A stretch of DNA of 63,655 nucleotides, filler included, from Asterionella formosa (GCA_002256025.1; 18 parts of 18 records of this genome joined end to end with filler, not necessarily neighbours in it); one strand, 5' to 3'; counted from the first letter of the whole stretch, positions 48,441-62,092 are shown. The notes: generated by a model from the letters alone, not told the origin. Made by a program: numbers and translations.

Positions 48441-51400
48441 CCAGTATATCACTTACTACCTGCTACTGGTACTCTGTATATATAAGATATATTGTTATTG
48501 TCACATGATGTACCCGTACACATGAAGAGCTCCCGCCCAAAAAGGGGCTTAAACAATTTGCTACCAAAACCCTTGCGGCAATTGAACGGTCTAAATAATT
48601 AGTTTCAACGGACGTAGAAAATATCGATGCAAATAAATTTCAGAAACAATTCCGGTACACGTAGTCGTGGAAAACAATGGACATATAGTGCATTGAGTAT
48701 TTTCGAATTATGTATATGCGAGTATGATCATCTCAACCATATCAGATGTTCCATATCGAGAGCGCCTTTGAATTTTATAAATGTATTACACTTCATATAT
48801 ATATATATATTTACAAATTTTATTACTATATTCATGGCATATATATTTTTGAAATCGTTCTGTCATGTTAACAGACAATGATGCCTGCTGCTTCATGAAA
48901 AGATACGTCGTAGTAAAGCACATGACAAGAAAAAAGTTTACGCAATACATAACGAAAAACATTGTGGCTTCGACACATTGCGCATTCGAAGAATGGAGAA
49001 TGTTTAAGGTAATGAAGCCATCAATGTGGTAGCTACTTGGATGACAATCGTTGGGAGGCAGGATAACAACAAATTGTTAACTAAACGCACATTTCCTTTT
49101 TTCTCAGTTGATTCAACAGCTCGTTTCGCTTGTTGGGTAGCACCAATGTAAAACAAAACCAAATTGCGTAAGTGTTCTTGTCGCTCGTTGGACCTATTCA
49201 CTTCTGTTGGAACAAAAATTACAAAACGTTTACCTTCTCTCAAAGTTAAGCTGACAAAAATGAACCGGTAAGTTTTATTCGACAACATTGGATACCCGAA
49301 ACTTACGTATTCAAGAATGTGGCTTACTGACAAGTTACTATTACAGACTTATGCATCCTCACTTGCATTGATTTGTGGTAAGTGAAGCAAGAGGATACGA
49401 TGGAAGTGCGTGTTCTTGTGTCAATGTAACATCATGACTAGCTAACAAATCATTCCTTCTCATTGTTACTGTAACTGCATGAATAGGAAAATAAAACCGA
49501 TCAAACGGAATAGCCGGGGNNNNNNNNNNNNNNNNNNNNNNNNNNNNNNNNNNNNNNNNNNNNTTAATTAATTAANNNNNNNNNNNNNNNNNNNNNNNNN
49601 NNNNNNNNNNNNNNNNNNNAATTATCACTCCACCATAGTAGTAGAAATGGAGGTATACCGCTACATGTAGTACAGGCGGCACTAATAGTAATAGTAGTAT
49701 AGAGCAGAATCAATGTTTTCCTATCATCTATGATATGGCTTGCATTTGTAGAAGTCTCACACTTACTATAATTATTATGTAACTACTAAGTATGCATTGG
49801 ATTCTATTAGATCCATTCAAAATCAACATCGTCATCAAAGTCCCGTTGATTAATGCGGTCATTATAATCAATATTCCTTTCAGGAACATTTGGTTGAAGT
49901 GATTCAACATATTGATGCATATCCTCTTTACTTACGTTGGGAAATGAGAAGTATGAGTGTGGGTAGATGATATTTGTGGTGGGAGTAGCAATTCCACTAG
50001 GATTCCTTCCATGTTCAGATCGATTCTTTTGTGAAAGTCCAGTGTAGATTTCCTTATAATAAACGAGTAAATCATCAGTCCATTGATCAGTGAGACCATT
50101 TGAAACTGAACTTTCTTCCCTCACACTATTTTTAATAAGTGGTTTCCCACCAATGTCGACAAAATCGGTAGAATGACGAATTTCGTTCTCTGAAATTTCA
50201 TGCGTATCTGGATTGAAACCCAAATATTTTTGTTGCAATCAGAATTTTCCTTTCAGCACCAAGAATCAAAATGCTTCTGTACTGGCATTGATCAGCAAAC
50301 CAACAAAACGTGTTTGCAATTCACATTGTGCCCGAAGACTTAGTTGAAATTTGGCTTGGTCACACCAGATTTGTCTCCTGTTAAAAATGGTTCTCCACGG
50401 CTTGTCCTGCCTATAAAATACACCGGAGCAAGAACATCACGCCAGACTTGGTATCCATGGCTTCCCCTGTCAATGTCCTTTGACTGCGCAAAACGATAAA
50501 GCGTCAACGCCAACCTAATAAAGTCATCAATATCCATAGTCTGGAATTCATATTCTGTTGGACCAGCTGGTGTGTCATGAATTATGTTAGCATTTTTAAA
50601 TTGAGACATATTTGATAAGAATATAATCACCGACTCAAAACATCATGCTTTCGGAGCATCTCCCTGCAAGAACTTACCTAAGATTCCTTTAAATTGATTA
50701 TTCAATACATTCTGACATTCTCTTAACTTTTTTATGCACATGCCACCAAATGTTGATTTGATGTAATCTAAATGTGCCTTGTTGATATGTTCAATGGTCT
50801 GATTCATTGGAAGTAGTGCATCAGAACCATTCCATATGAAATCGGCAAGCTCTGGGTCACTCTCCACTTCTTTGCTTAGCTCCAGTTTCACTGTTGTGTA
50901 TAGCCGAGTTAGGCAACATTCCGCAAACCAATCCTGTTTGTGATTGGAAATGCCTTTCATACTACTTGGACCAGATAGGGCGGGACGTTTGATTCTCTTT
51001 TGGGACCAGAACAAAGTAAATTTGATTGATATTCTGTTTTACAGTACCTATTAATTCACGAACTATAACATCAAACTTACATGGTGTTCACAGCAAAACT
51101 TCTTGGTCTTGAAAATAAAACTCAACCTTTGTGACAATTGATGGTTCAATTTTAGCTAAGCGAGAACGACGGCGTTCTGATAAGGCTGCTGAAATTGAAG
51201 AGTCTTGATAACCTCGTATGGACGAGTTTTGAACCGAATTACGACCTTTGTAGTGATTGAGTTCATTGACCAATTGATAATATCCTTTGGCAAGTACAAA
51301 ATGTTTTTCCCTCAGGTTGTCATGTACTTGTTGGTCCGTGCGATTAGAAAATTTATGATATGGTACCATGTCATCCATCTGCATCCGGGAGTTATTAATG

Positions 51401-53999
51401 TCATCATCGACAGGAGCCATTTTTCTTGTATCAACAACTGAAGTAGAAACGTCATCATTGCTGTCAGTATCAATTACGGGATCCTTTGTACTAGTAGCTG
51501 ATGGTGTCCCCATCGACGATGGGGTATTACCCCCAACGTCTCCCAATCGCCGATTGGGTTGCTTTGGATAATCGCCTATTCGCTTTTTCTTTGTAAACTC
51601 ATTTTGGGACTTGCTTCTTTGTTCCATACTTGCAGTATTTACCACATGTTGCTTGTTTCCATGAACCTCTTTATTATACGATCCTAAAACTATGATGATT
51701 TACTGTCCCGCTGCAGTAGCAGCAGTCATAGACATATGTTGTTATATTGCTTGCTTATTACTCCGACTACCACTTTTCAGTTTTACGATCATACGATCCT
51801 AAAACTATGATGATTTACTGTTCCAATGCAGTAGCAACAGTCCTGAACATATGGTGTTCTATTGGTTTTTAGTTTTACGATCATACTATCCTAAAACTAT
51901 GATGATTTACTGTCCCACTGCAGTAGCAACAGTCCTGAACATATGGTGTTCTGTTGCTAGTTTACTACTCCGACTACCCCCAGTATATCACTTACTACCT
52001 GCTACTGGTACTCTGTATATATAAGATATATTGTTATTGTCACATGATGTACCCGTACACATGAAGAGCTCCCGCCCAAAAAGGGGCTTAAACAATTTGC
52101 TACCAAAACCCTTGCGGCAATTGAACGGTCTAAATAATTAGTTTCAACGGACGTAGAAAATATCGATGCAAATAAATTTCAGAAACAATTCCGGTACACG
52201 TAGTCGTGGAAAACAATGGACATATAGTGCATTGAGTATTTTCGAATTATGTATATGCGAGTATGATCATCTCAACCATATCAGATGTTCCATATCGAGA
52301 GCGCCTTTGAATTTTATAAATGTATTACACTTCATATATATATATATATTTACAAATTTTATTACTATATTCATGGCATATATATTTTTGAAATCGTTCT
52401 GTCATGTTAACAGACAATGATGCCTGCTGCTTCATGAAAAGATACGTCGTAGTAAAGCACATGACAAGAAAAAAGTTTACGCAATACATAACGAAAAACA
52501 TTGTGGCTTCGACACATTGCGCATTCGAAGAATGGAGAATGTTTAAGGTAATGAAGCCATCAATGTGGTAGCTACTTGGATGACAATCGTTGGGAGGCAG
52601 GATAACAACAAATTGTTAACTAAACGCACATTTCCTTTTTTCTCAGTTGATTCAACAGCTCGTTTCGCTTGTTGGGTAGCACCAATGTAAAACAAAACCA
52701 AATTGCGTAAGTGTTCTTGTCGCTCGTTGGACCTATTCACTTCTGTTGGAACAAAAATTACAAAACGTTTACCTTCTCTCAAAGTTAAGCTGACAAAAAT
52801 GAACCGGTAAGTTTTATTCGACAACATTGGATACCCGAAACTTACGTATTCAAGAATGTGGCTTACTGACAAGTTACTATTACAGACTTATGCATCCTCA
52901 CTTGCATTGATTTGTGGTAAGTGAAGCAAGAGGATACGATGGAAGTGCGTGTTCTTGTGTCAATGTAACATCATGACTAGCTAACAAATCATTCCTTCTC
53001 ATTGTTACTGTAACTGCATGAATAGGAAAATAAAACCGATCAAACGGAATAGCCGGGGNNNNNNNNNNNNNNNNNNNNNNNNNNNNNNNNNNNNNNNNNN
53101 NNTTAATTAATTAANNNNNNNNNNNNNNNNNNNNNNNNNNNNNNNNNNNNNNNNNNNNAAGTCACTGCTGGAACCCTTTCTGAGGACAATGGCCGTTAAA
53201 GGCCCAAGCAAGTTTCTGCAAATGGCACACCACTTCGCCTTCGACGACCAAACCCAGGACGGAGAGAGCGCCTCGTCCTCTTCCTTCTCTCACGCAGCTG
53301 AACCTAAACCTGAACCCATCCTGACGATGTTTAAAAATTAATCTGAATATGTACATATCGACACAAAACTGACACACCGGTTGTATAGTGATTGTATTTA
53401 TCTACACGAAGGCAAAATACCAGGTATATTGTACTACCCGGTATTGTAACCAGCATGTGTGAGCAAATCAAACCATCGACGTTATGTTGCCGGCGCGAGC
53501 CACAATGTAGACCTATAGAAACGCTTCATCTGTTTTGGCTACGGTCGGAGTCTGATCGACCAAATACCTGATATTTGGTCGATAAGGGGGGTCATTCTCG
53601 ACCAGGACCAATGCATATTTGGTCTTGGTCGTTTCGGATCATTTCGTGTAATGACCCGCAACTTCAATTGGCTTGGTATTTGGTCGATGCGGTGGCAATG
53701 CGCTTAGGGCCATTCTTATAATTTTTCATCAGTTATTACTTCATTTGAAAGTTTTTGAAAAATGTATCAGCAAGGTTACTGGATTTGAACTGAATTTCCT
53801 CCATTTTCCACATAAAATTGTATCACTCATTTGTGCCACAGTGTATCACGGTGTAACAGGGATCTTCAATGGCAACAAGCAAGCAGCAGCCAAAGATCAT
53901 GTGTATATCCCTCCAGACTGCCTAGATAAATGGTCAACCAGCAGTTAAATGAATATATAATATATCATAACAAAAAACCTCTCAAGAGCCATAGCATTA

Positions 54000-55800
54000 A
54001 TCATGATGGCGCCTCTTGAATTACTTGATGTAATATATCATTCATTTGTCATCCCTCACCAGTAAACCAACATAATGTTACAAATGTCAAATCTTGTCGT
54101 GTATAGCATATGCCAAGAGATTTTTGAATCGCACAGGAAATGACGAAGATGCATAGAAAGGAAAATTGGCTATCCTGATTCACCAATATTCAAAAGGATT
54201 TTTGTCATCACATCAGCAAAGGGAGGAGTGATAACTCACACTTACCTGTTATTGATCTCTACATTAATTACTTGACATTTTAGCTCCATTTCAGAACAGG
54301 ACTGTTCTTTTAAATAAGTGAGTGAGTTTTGGTGATACCTGACTAATGCTGGTTTGTTGCTGTCATTTTGAACGGCTCAATGAAACAGTTGAATGGCGCA
54401 TATATATATGTGTGTGTGTGTGTACTGCTTTCTGTTGTAGCTACCGGTAGTAGTTCTATCAAATGATTTGCGTCCTGACACACTGTTGCTATGCAAATCT
54501 TTGCAGATCAATGAACAAGAAGGCATTTCAAGGGCAAGAAGGAAGCCAGTGTGGTGCATTCTTGCTGCAACAATATCGCAAAATGATGCCTGTTCAAGAT
54601 TGAGAATTGTTCCATTCTGAATGAATGGCTTCACTTTTTGCATTGTCCATGTAGATGTCCCATACTGCCTGCCTTCTCAAGAACTGAAGATTCCATTCTA
54701 AAAGCACTGCCTTGATTGCACATCGAGATTTGTTTCCCATGAAGAGTTAAATAGTACAATCAGTCAACTACGCTATTTGATTTAATCTTTAAATTAGTTG
54801 AAAACCATCAGATCAATAGTTGAACAACTTTCTGGCTATGAGTTGAATGATCCTTCAGCCGCCAGATAATAAGTTGAATGAACTTAAGAAAATATAGTGA
54901 ACTACTGAATTATGAATTATGTGAATAGAATTAATACATTATGTGAACTGAGTTAAACAAATACATGAACAGAATTGATAAGTTACATGAATTATAAAGC
55001 AGAATTAGGTGAACGAAATTTGAAGGCTATGTGAACTAAATCACATAATTACGTGAAGATGATTACGTAAAATAGTGATGATTATGAATGCATGCATGAT
55101 ACTCAGATCAAATAATGAACATGATGTATTCAGATGATGTAGTTGATATATCCAAGTACATATCTTGATGTATTCAACTAATTCATGTGATCCATTCAAA
55201 ATCAACTAGGCCTATTTACGTTGTCACTTCACATGATATGCGGCTTAGATGTATGGAATCATTAATACAGGAATCTGTGAGAGGATATACTGTCTGAAAT
55301 AACAGTTTAGGAGATAACAGATTTCATAGACAAAAGTTTGAGCAAAGATGTCAGGGTCATGATTGATGAGGAGCATGATTTGTTAGATGACATGGTGTGT
55401 TAATTTTGGCCACCACACAGAGCTGATGTGTGAGCTACTCTGTCATCACATACCTGATTCCATCAATGGAGAACTGGAACCCCAATTTCCCATGTAATTT
55501 CCTATGGAATCATTTCTTTTTAGGTTTTCACAATTTTTTTACTTTGCATTTGATTTGTTTGATGCAATTTATGATTTCAAGAAAGTGGCAGATTCCTTTA
55601 CCCTTTCAGCAACTAGAAGACAGTTTGTTGAAACCTGTTCAGCAGTTCAGCAAATCCACTTTGGTTTCAGCAACTGGAAGACAATTTGAAACCATCAATC
55701 AACAAATCGTCATCTGTCAATGTGAATTTTGGCTTCATACATTTCTTGGGCAAGTTTGAAACCACAAGCTTGCACAGTTATCTCGCCCAGCAGGCATTGC
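54000..55800 (-). mobile_element. Highly decayed Harbinger-like element (transposase traces about 54000-54720; Myb/trihelix-like traces about 55250-55800)
   Basis: TAEQV...VKESATFLKS resembles a trihelix motif. VITPPFA...FLSMHLR...TTRFDI resembles the DDE_Tnp_4 C-terminus. Confidence 0.3.
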
Positions 55801-56104
55801 ATAGATCATGCAGAAAGAGTCGAAATTGACAAGGTGCAGTACACAAGACACATGCTAGTGGCAAAACATGCAAGAACCATTAGGCTATTGTTGTTTTAAC
55901 CATAAACAAGAAAGGCCAGCAAGTACCCTGTTTACAATAAAAAAATAGAATTTTTTAAGTGTCATCATTGTCCTACTCTTACATGGTTGTTCAATGACTA
56001 TAACACACTTCTCATGCATGTTGATGTTTATTGGTATTTGCGATGTCGCAAATATACCTCACTTGGTAGTGCACATTTGAATTCCCAAAATCTCCCCGAT
56101 GTAC

Positions 56105-56592
56105 TCACTGAAGTGCTGACAAGCTGACAGAGGATTCGCAATTATTCTCAAGAAGAGCAGAAACAAAGGCATGCTCCTCCATTGGGGTGTCAAAGACATC
56201 AAGAGAAGTATCTATGGATGCATAGGATTCATAAGTGGAGAGCATGCAACCACTTGTTCGTTGCCTCTTCGATGCCAGTTCAGAGCCAAACAGAGAAGGG
56301 AGGGGAGGAACATCAACATCGGTGTCACTTGCCATGGCGTAATGGGCAATGTTTGAGACAGACGAGTTCTTTGTAAGAGGTTCTTGCTCAACTTCCAATG
56401 TGGAAGGTTGGCAAGAAGTCGCTGGCGACAGAGCAACAAACTGAGGGATTGAAAGGCCACTAGAAGGATCGTATATTTCATGTAGGTCGCCGGTATCAGC
56501 AAGCCAATCCAGAGTATCTGCACAGTCCAAGAGGGCATCAACATCAGCACCCTTTTGATACCAGGACGGCATATCTTTGGCATCTGTCCAGG
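56105..56592 (-). CDS. C-terminal part of a nuclear protein, possibly a diatom Myb (SHAQKYF-class) transcription factor, 5'-partial
   Basis: Open from the contig edge. WYQKGADVDALL..A..LDWLADTG and FD..MEEHAFVSALL recalled from diatom Myb proteins; the DNA-binding domain is not in the window. Confidence 0.45.
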
Positions 56593-58233
56593 NNNNNNNN
56601 NNNNNNNNNNNNNNNNNNNNNNNNNNNNNNNNNNNNTTAATTAATTAANNNNNNNNNNNNNNNNNNNNNNNNNNNNNNNNNNNNNNNNNNNNTACCTTTT
56701 GTATAGATCTATATCGTTAGACAAAGAAGACTATAGATAGAGACGTTCGTTTCTCTTTCCGTTTCTATATTCTTATTGTGAGTTTACTAATCTAGTTTAG
56801 GTTGTTCTGTTTGAACAAAACAAACGAACTATTCTCCAAATGCTGTTTGCATTTCTAGGAACATACAATCATAGATAGACCCATGTCTATCTCACACTTA
56901 CTGATCATAGGTATTTAACCATGATCATTCATTTCAAACTATCGGTCTTCCGAAATAGCTTATATTGTCCGGCTCATTATAGTCAGAGTAACAAAGTATA
57001 ATGTGTGGTTGATGAGAGCTTGGTACATCAAAGTGGACTCATTCGAATCGTTTGACTCGTTTGACTCCGAGTCCTAACTACGTAGATGAGCTCACTTTAA
57101 CATCGTGATGTATGCAAAGTGATTCTAATTCCATAATTAATAAATGTATTACCGTACTCCAGAGTATGATCTTTTTGATACATGTTCATTTCATCCACCA
57201 TCCCAGAGCTGGCTTGAAGTGATATTTGGCTTTAATAAATCTGATATAGTAGCACAAACCAAGCATAATGGAATAAAATCTGATTTGTACTGGATGGAGG
57301 AAGTCTGAAACAGAAAATGCGCAATGTTAGCTTAATTAAAAGACCTTACAGATGCACTGCTCCTTTGGAAAAAAGTGCTAGAATATATATCTAGACCAGG
57401 AATGATTTTTTCTTTCCATTTATTTTTAGCTTTCATTATAAAACTGTGCGCTTAATCTACATATCTTTTGAACTGGCTGCAGTGTAAACTCCAACATGTT
57501 TCTGAAATGAAGAGTTCTTTGTTCCTTGCAGGCGAGGTTGGTCTGTTGTTTCCTGCTGGTGAAAAAAACTAGATTTCATCATCTTCTTGCTATATAGTAT
57601 GTGACATCAACATTTCCAAAGTAAATTTTAATAGTTAAATGCTGTCCCCTGACTAAATACCGCTTCCAGGTAAGTCCAATAGGAATCATTACTTAGCTAT
57701 TACTCAATCTCGTGGATTAAACTGGTGCTATCAGTTCAATCACTCTTAGTTTAGGGATAGGAGAACCTGTTACTTTGCACAACAGTGGTGTAGGTCAAAC
57801 CAAACTGGACCTCTGAGAGTTTGCTGCCACCATCAGCCAGTAACCTCTATTTCTGTCATGGAGATCACCCTTCGACATTGTTCTTTACCTTTTATGTCTG
57901 AAGGTTCATCAATCAAGCACTTTGTAATGTGTGTTATGACCGAAGCCCATTTTTGGAAAGGATTCTATTTCTGATCCTCACATTGGGAATCAGGAATCCC
58001 TGTTCTTACCTTTGCATTCATTCTTTTCTGGCATTTTACGAATTCAGTACCATACTACATATATGTAGAGATAATAAGAATCACACCTTTTAATCGATAC
58101 TCAGAGTCATCATAGACAAATACGTGAAGATAAATTACATGTAAAATCAATCAAGAGTGTTCCTGCCCACTTCACATTACACTTCCCCAGAACCTCTCGT
58201 CCTAATCTAATCTTAAAACGAGACTGACTATTA

Positions 58234-59622
58234 ATGACGGTAGAAGAAGCAGATGAAGAGACGGCATCAACGAATGTCAATTGGCACGACGATGACTACT
58301 TGTCCTTTGTCGGCGTCCAAGACGAGAAAACATCAGATGACGATGATGACGATGATGGACGCAAAATCTCCTTTCGCCCACCTTCCAACCAAGAAACAGT
58401 CCAATTGCCACCCTGGATGACACAGCCACACAATCTAAACACAGGATATCATAGAACTAATCCCATGGTCGCCTTGCATAATGAAATCGTACAATTTTGC
58501 AGTTTGATGGAACCGCAAGAAGGTGAAATACTGATCAGGAAGGCTTTGGTGGGGGAGGTATCAGACATTATCAATTCGGCTTTTACAAAGGAAGAAGGAT
58601 GCACCGTCCATGTCTTTGGATCGCAAGCAACAGGGCTCTTTCTTCCATCATCAGATATTGATTTGGTCGTCATGCTCAAGCAAGCAGACAACGAATCATT
58701 TGCTGACGACGATGAAAGCGACTGGCTAAATACAAACCAATCTCCCCTTCACCGAGTCGCTGAAGCATTAACGAATAATTGGAGAGATAAGCTATCTTAC
58801 TTAGAGGTCATTGAGCAGACGCGCGTACCATTGGTCAAGTGCACGCACAAGCCATCGGGGGTCAGCATTGACATTTGCTTCAACCAAGACACTGGTGTCC
58901 ATGCGGCAACACTCATGACGACTTTCCTCAAGGCCATGCCACCCCTCCGGCCCTTGACCTTTGTTTTGAAATATTTTACAGCATCTCGTGGTCTTAATGA
59001 ACCCTACAGTGGCGGCGTTGGATCATTTTTACTCCAACTTCTGATTGTATCATTCCTTCAGCACCGTGAGCGCGACGCTATCAAGTTTCGACGACCTTCG
59101 CCATATAACCTTGGATGCTTACTAGTTGAGCTCTGTGAACTATATGGAATGGACTTGAATTTTGCCACGACAGGCATTTCTGTAAGACACGATGGATATT
59201 ACTTTCCCAAAGGAGCCAAGGACAGGCGAGAACATTTTTTCCAACCCACAAGGCCCTTTTCGCTGGCAGTGGAAAATCCATTGGATCCTACTATGGATGT
59301 GGCAAAGCCTTCTTTTAGAATTCATCTGGTGCAGCGGACATTAGATTCAGCTTTCAAGGTACTGCGATCCCATGTTACGGACCCAAGGGTACCGTGTGAT
59401 TCAATACTTGAGAGTATATTGCCAGTGACTGAAGAAATGAGGGAGCGGCACCGGAAAATAATGGCAGATGGGAATGATGACATGTGGGAAAGTAGTAGTG
59501 ACGACGACCACGAAGCAGAGAAAGGAAAAAATGCAATCAAGGAAAACACGAATGAAGACATATGGGGCGATGCCACAAGTGAAAGGGACGAACCAGCCAG
59601 GAAGCGGGCAAGAACATCGTAG
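58234..59622 (+). CDS. PAPD5: Non-canonical poly(A) polymerase TRF4/PAPD5 (TENT4)
   Basis: LHNEI, VFGSQATGLFLPSSDIDL, RVPLVK, DICFN, RGLNEPYSGGVGSF, LAVENPLDP. Confidence 0.95.
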   Translation: MTVEEADEETASTNVNWHDDDYLSFVGVQDEKTSDDDDDDDGRKISFRPPSNQETVQLPPWMTQPHNLNTGYHRTNPMVALHNEIVQFCSLMEPQEGEILIRKALVGEVSDIINSAFTKEEGCTVHVFGSQATGLFLPSSDIDLVVMLKQADNESFADDDESDWLNTNQSPLHRVAEALTNNWRDKLSYLEVIEQTRVPLVKCTHKPSGVSIDICFNQDTGVHAATLMTTFLKAMPPLRPLTFVLKYFTASRGLNEPYSGGVGSFLLQLLIVSFLQHRERDAIKFRRPSPYNLGCLLVELCELYGMDLNFATTGISVRHDGYYFPKGAKDRREHFFQPTRPFSLAVENPLDPTMDVAKPSFRIHLVQRTLDSAFKVLRSHVTDPRVPCDSILESILPVTEEMRERHRKIMADGNDDMWESSSDDDHEAEKGKNAIKENTNEDIWGDATSERDEPARKRARTS

Positions 59623-59637
59623 AAACAGTGCATGGTA

Positions 59638-60124
59638 CCACCTAAAAACTGAGAGTCATATAAAGTTTACCCCATGTTTCGACTCAAACTATTTTAGTCA
59701 AATTTCATGGTGACAACAAATCAAGTACGTAGCTAAATGTAGAACAGGCTCTCCGCTTTCAATAGGTCTGTTTAATTAGTAATGAAGCTTCATAATTCAA
59801 GAGATATGAAGTTTTTAAAGTTGATGATTACGGTCGTTTTGTATGACTATCAATATATATTTTTTACAACGTACCTAAAGAAGAAGTTATATTCAAATTC
59901 TGGTTTCGATTACCCTATTGTTCACTCTAAAGCTTTTTCCTGCCACAATATTATTTGTCCGTTGCATCATCTACCCATTTATTATTCATTGTTTTCATTT
60001 TTTAAACCTTAAATAATAATGCGTTTGCCTTTTAACTCAAATATTATTTCAGTTTTTGTGTCAATAATCTTACTTTCATTCGTTTTGATGATGGTTTGAT
60101 ATAGATTTACATAGGGATTATTTA
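59638..60124 (+). mobile_element. Non-coding dispersed repeat starting TA|CCACCTAAAAACTGAG (second copy from 63071)
   Basis: About 480 bp nearly identical to 63071-63525. Homology begins sharply at the TA in both copies. Confidence 0.85.
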
Positions 60125-60851
60125 NNNNNNNNNNNNNNNNNNNNNNNNNNNNNNNNNNNNNNNNNNNNTTAATTAATTAANNNNNNNNNNNNNNNNNNNN
60201 NNNNNNNNNNNNNNNNNNNNNNNNGTTCGTTCTTCTCTACTTACCGTCAATTGATCCATCGGCTCGAAGATAATCCGCCTGAGTCTGGTGCAAAGCCGAA
60301 ATGTATTCTAGCTCCTTGACGTCGGCATGTGCGCCAATGGGTTGCAAAAAAACTACCATGGTGTTGTAATACCGATAGTATATCTCTATTTCTTTACTCA
60401 TGTCTTCCCAGACGAGGATCTATTCGAAAGGATCCTCGTGTATGTCCTCCTCGCGGCGGCCAGCCAGTATTGAAAATGCATGAAAAAATATTGATATTCG
60501 TTATTTTAATTTATTTGTAGCCATATATAAAGATGAATCTTTACCCGCGCATGACATCCAAGGAGTGGATAATATACCGGTATTCGGTTGTTCTCGATAC
60601 AAATGTAGGTACATTGATATTTATAGAAAAATATGAAACCAATTTTTTATCAATTCGCGTGCTCTGTCTGATCTAAGAAAAATATCATTAGATCGTGCGT
60701 ACAACGTTGTTTTGCATACCCATAATCCAAAAATTTGTGTTTGCGCTGACCAAATCGATTTACATACATGGAGCAGTCCTCGTGACGGATGGAAAATTTG
60801 CCCCGTAATGTCATCTACAAGAACTTCATGTCGGCCAATGCTTTTATTTAA

Positions 60852-61560
60852 GGTTTCGGCCTCGCAGTTAAACATCGCGAGCTCGGTTTTCTTCCAAAAT
60901 AATTTTATTATGTACTTGAATCTACACAGTACGAACAACAAAATAAAATAGTAAAAGGTAAAATTAGCTTTCACCAACGACCACTTTGCATACCGGTATG
61001 CTTAGATACAGTCATTCCTCGACTTTTGGGTATGATCTACCGGTATCTTCAGATATGGCAAGGACCTCATTTCTGGAGAGAAGTGGCAGTTATCCCGCTT
61101 GCAATCGTAACTATCCAAAAAATAGTCAAAAAGGGGGCCATGAAGCTTTAAAAATAATCTACGAGGGATAACTGCCACTTCTCTGCAGAAGTTAACTCCT
61201 GACGTTATAGGGTACACTGCTATCTATTTCATTCTTCATGAAACCCCGTAGATGTAGAGCAATCCTCCTCCAAAAACTCGACCCGATCGGCTTTTTCAAC
61301 AGTCGCCAAAATATTAGAATCAGAATTTGTACATGCAAAAATGTTCTTGAACACTTGGAGTCTTGTGCAGGAATGTTTCGCTAAAAAATTCTCAGTCCGA
61401 AAAGACTCCAGGGTAAGTTCCCATGTCACTACACATATTCTGATTGGTTGAATTGAATATATTCACCTGCTTCAGATTCGCTCAAGTATCCCGGTCTTGT
61501 AAAAACTCGCCAGCCACACTTGAACCACACGTATTAGATGTACTGGCTGAATCCTGGTTG
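60852..61560 (-). mobile_element. 3' end of a Kolobok-like element with a TTAA|GG terminus
   Basis: TTAA (60848-60851) then GGTTTCGG. Encodes SDSNILATVEKADRVEFLEED.STSTGFHEE*, homologous to the C-terminus of the 25896 ORF. Confidence 0.75.
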
Positions 61561-62092
61561 GTAAAATCAGTACCGGTACTACCGGTAGTACATCCTGTCC
61601 TCCATCATGGTGAACCAATATTGTGTACTACTGGTACCTGGTGCTCCGAGTTCCAGTAGGTCTATGGTGGCGCAAATATGGTGCAGCAACAATATGACGT
61701 CAGCAAGGAGTGCCTTACCAGTAGTTAAAAATTCATTACCGGTAGTAACCTATATATATGATACAAAATGCTAGCAATATTTTATTAGTACCGGTATGTC
61801 CTATCACATGTATGTACCGGGTAGCCTAAGGCCGTTGGCTACTACAAAATACATATCTTATATGAATCTGATCGTGATCCTATGTAGAAAATATCACTAC
61901 GGTAGTGCAGGCCGTAGCACGGATTTTATATATGGATAGTCTGTTGGTGCAATTTTGGTTTCTCTAAGTAACAGTGGTGCAATCGGTGGTGCAATTGTGG
62001 TGCAAATGCCAATGGGCAGTTGAATTTACGAATAGTTTTCTCTTTTTCAACCCTGTTTGGGAAAAGTCCCGAAATACCGTTACTCTGGGACT

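Larger units (their letters stand above)
46081..53058. repeat. Two near-identical 3439-bp contigs (46081-49519 and 49620-53058): allelic bubble or repeat copies
   Basis: Same start and end, scattered SNPs and two compensating 3-bp indels. Confidence 0.97.

Noticed and set aside
46081..53058. Tandem duplication of 3.4 kb
   Set aside because: The copies are separate contigs, adjacent only because they have the same length.
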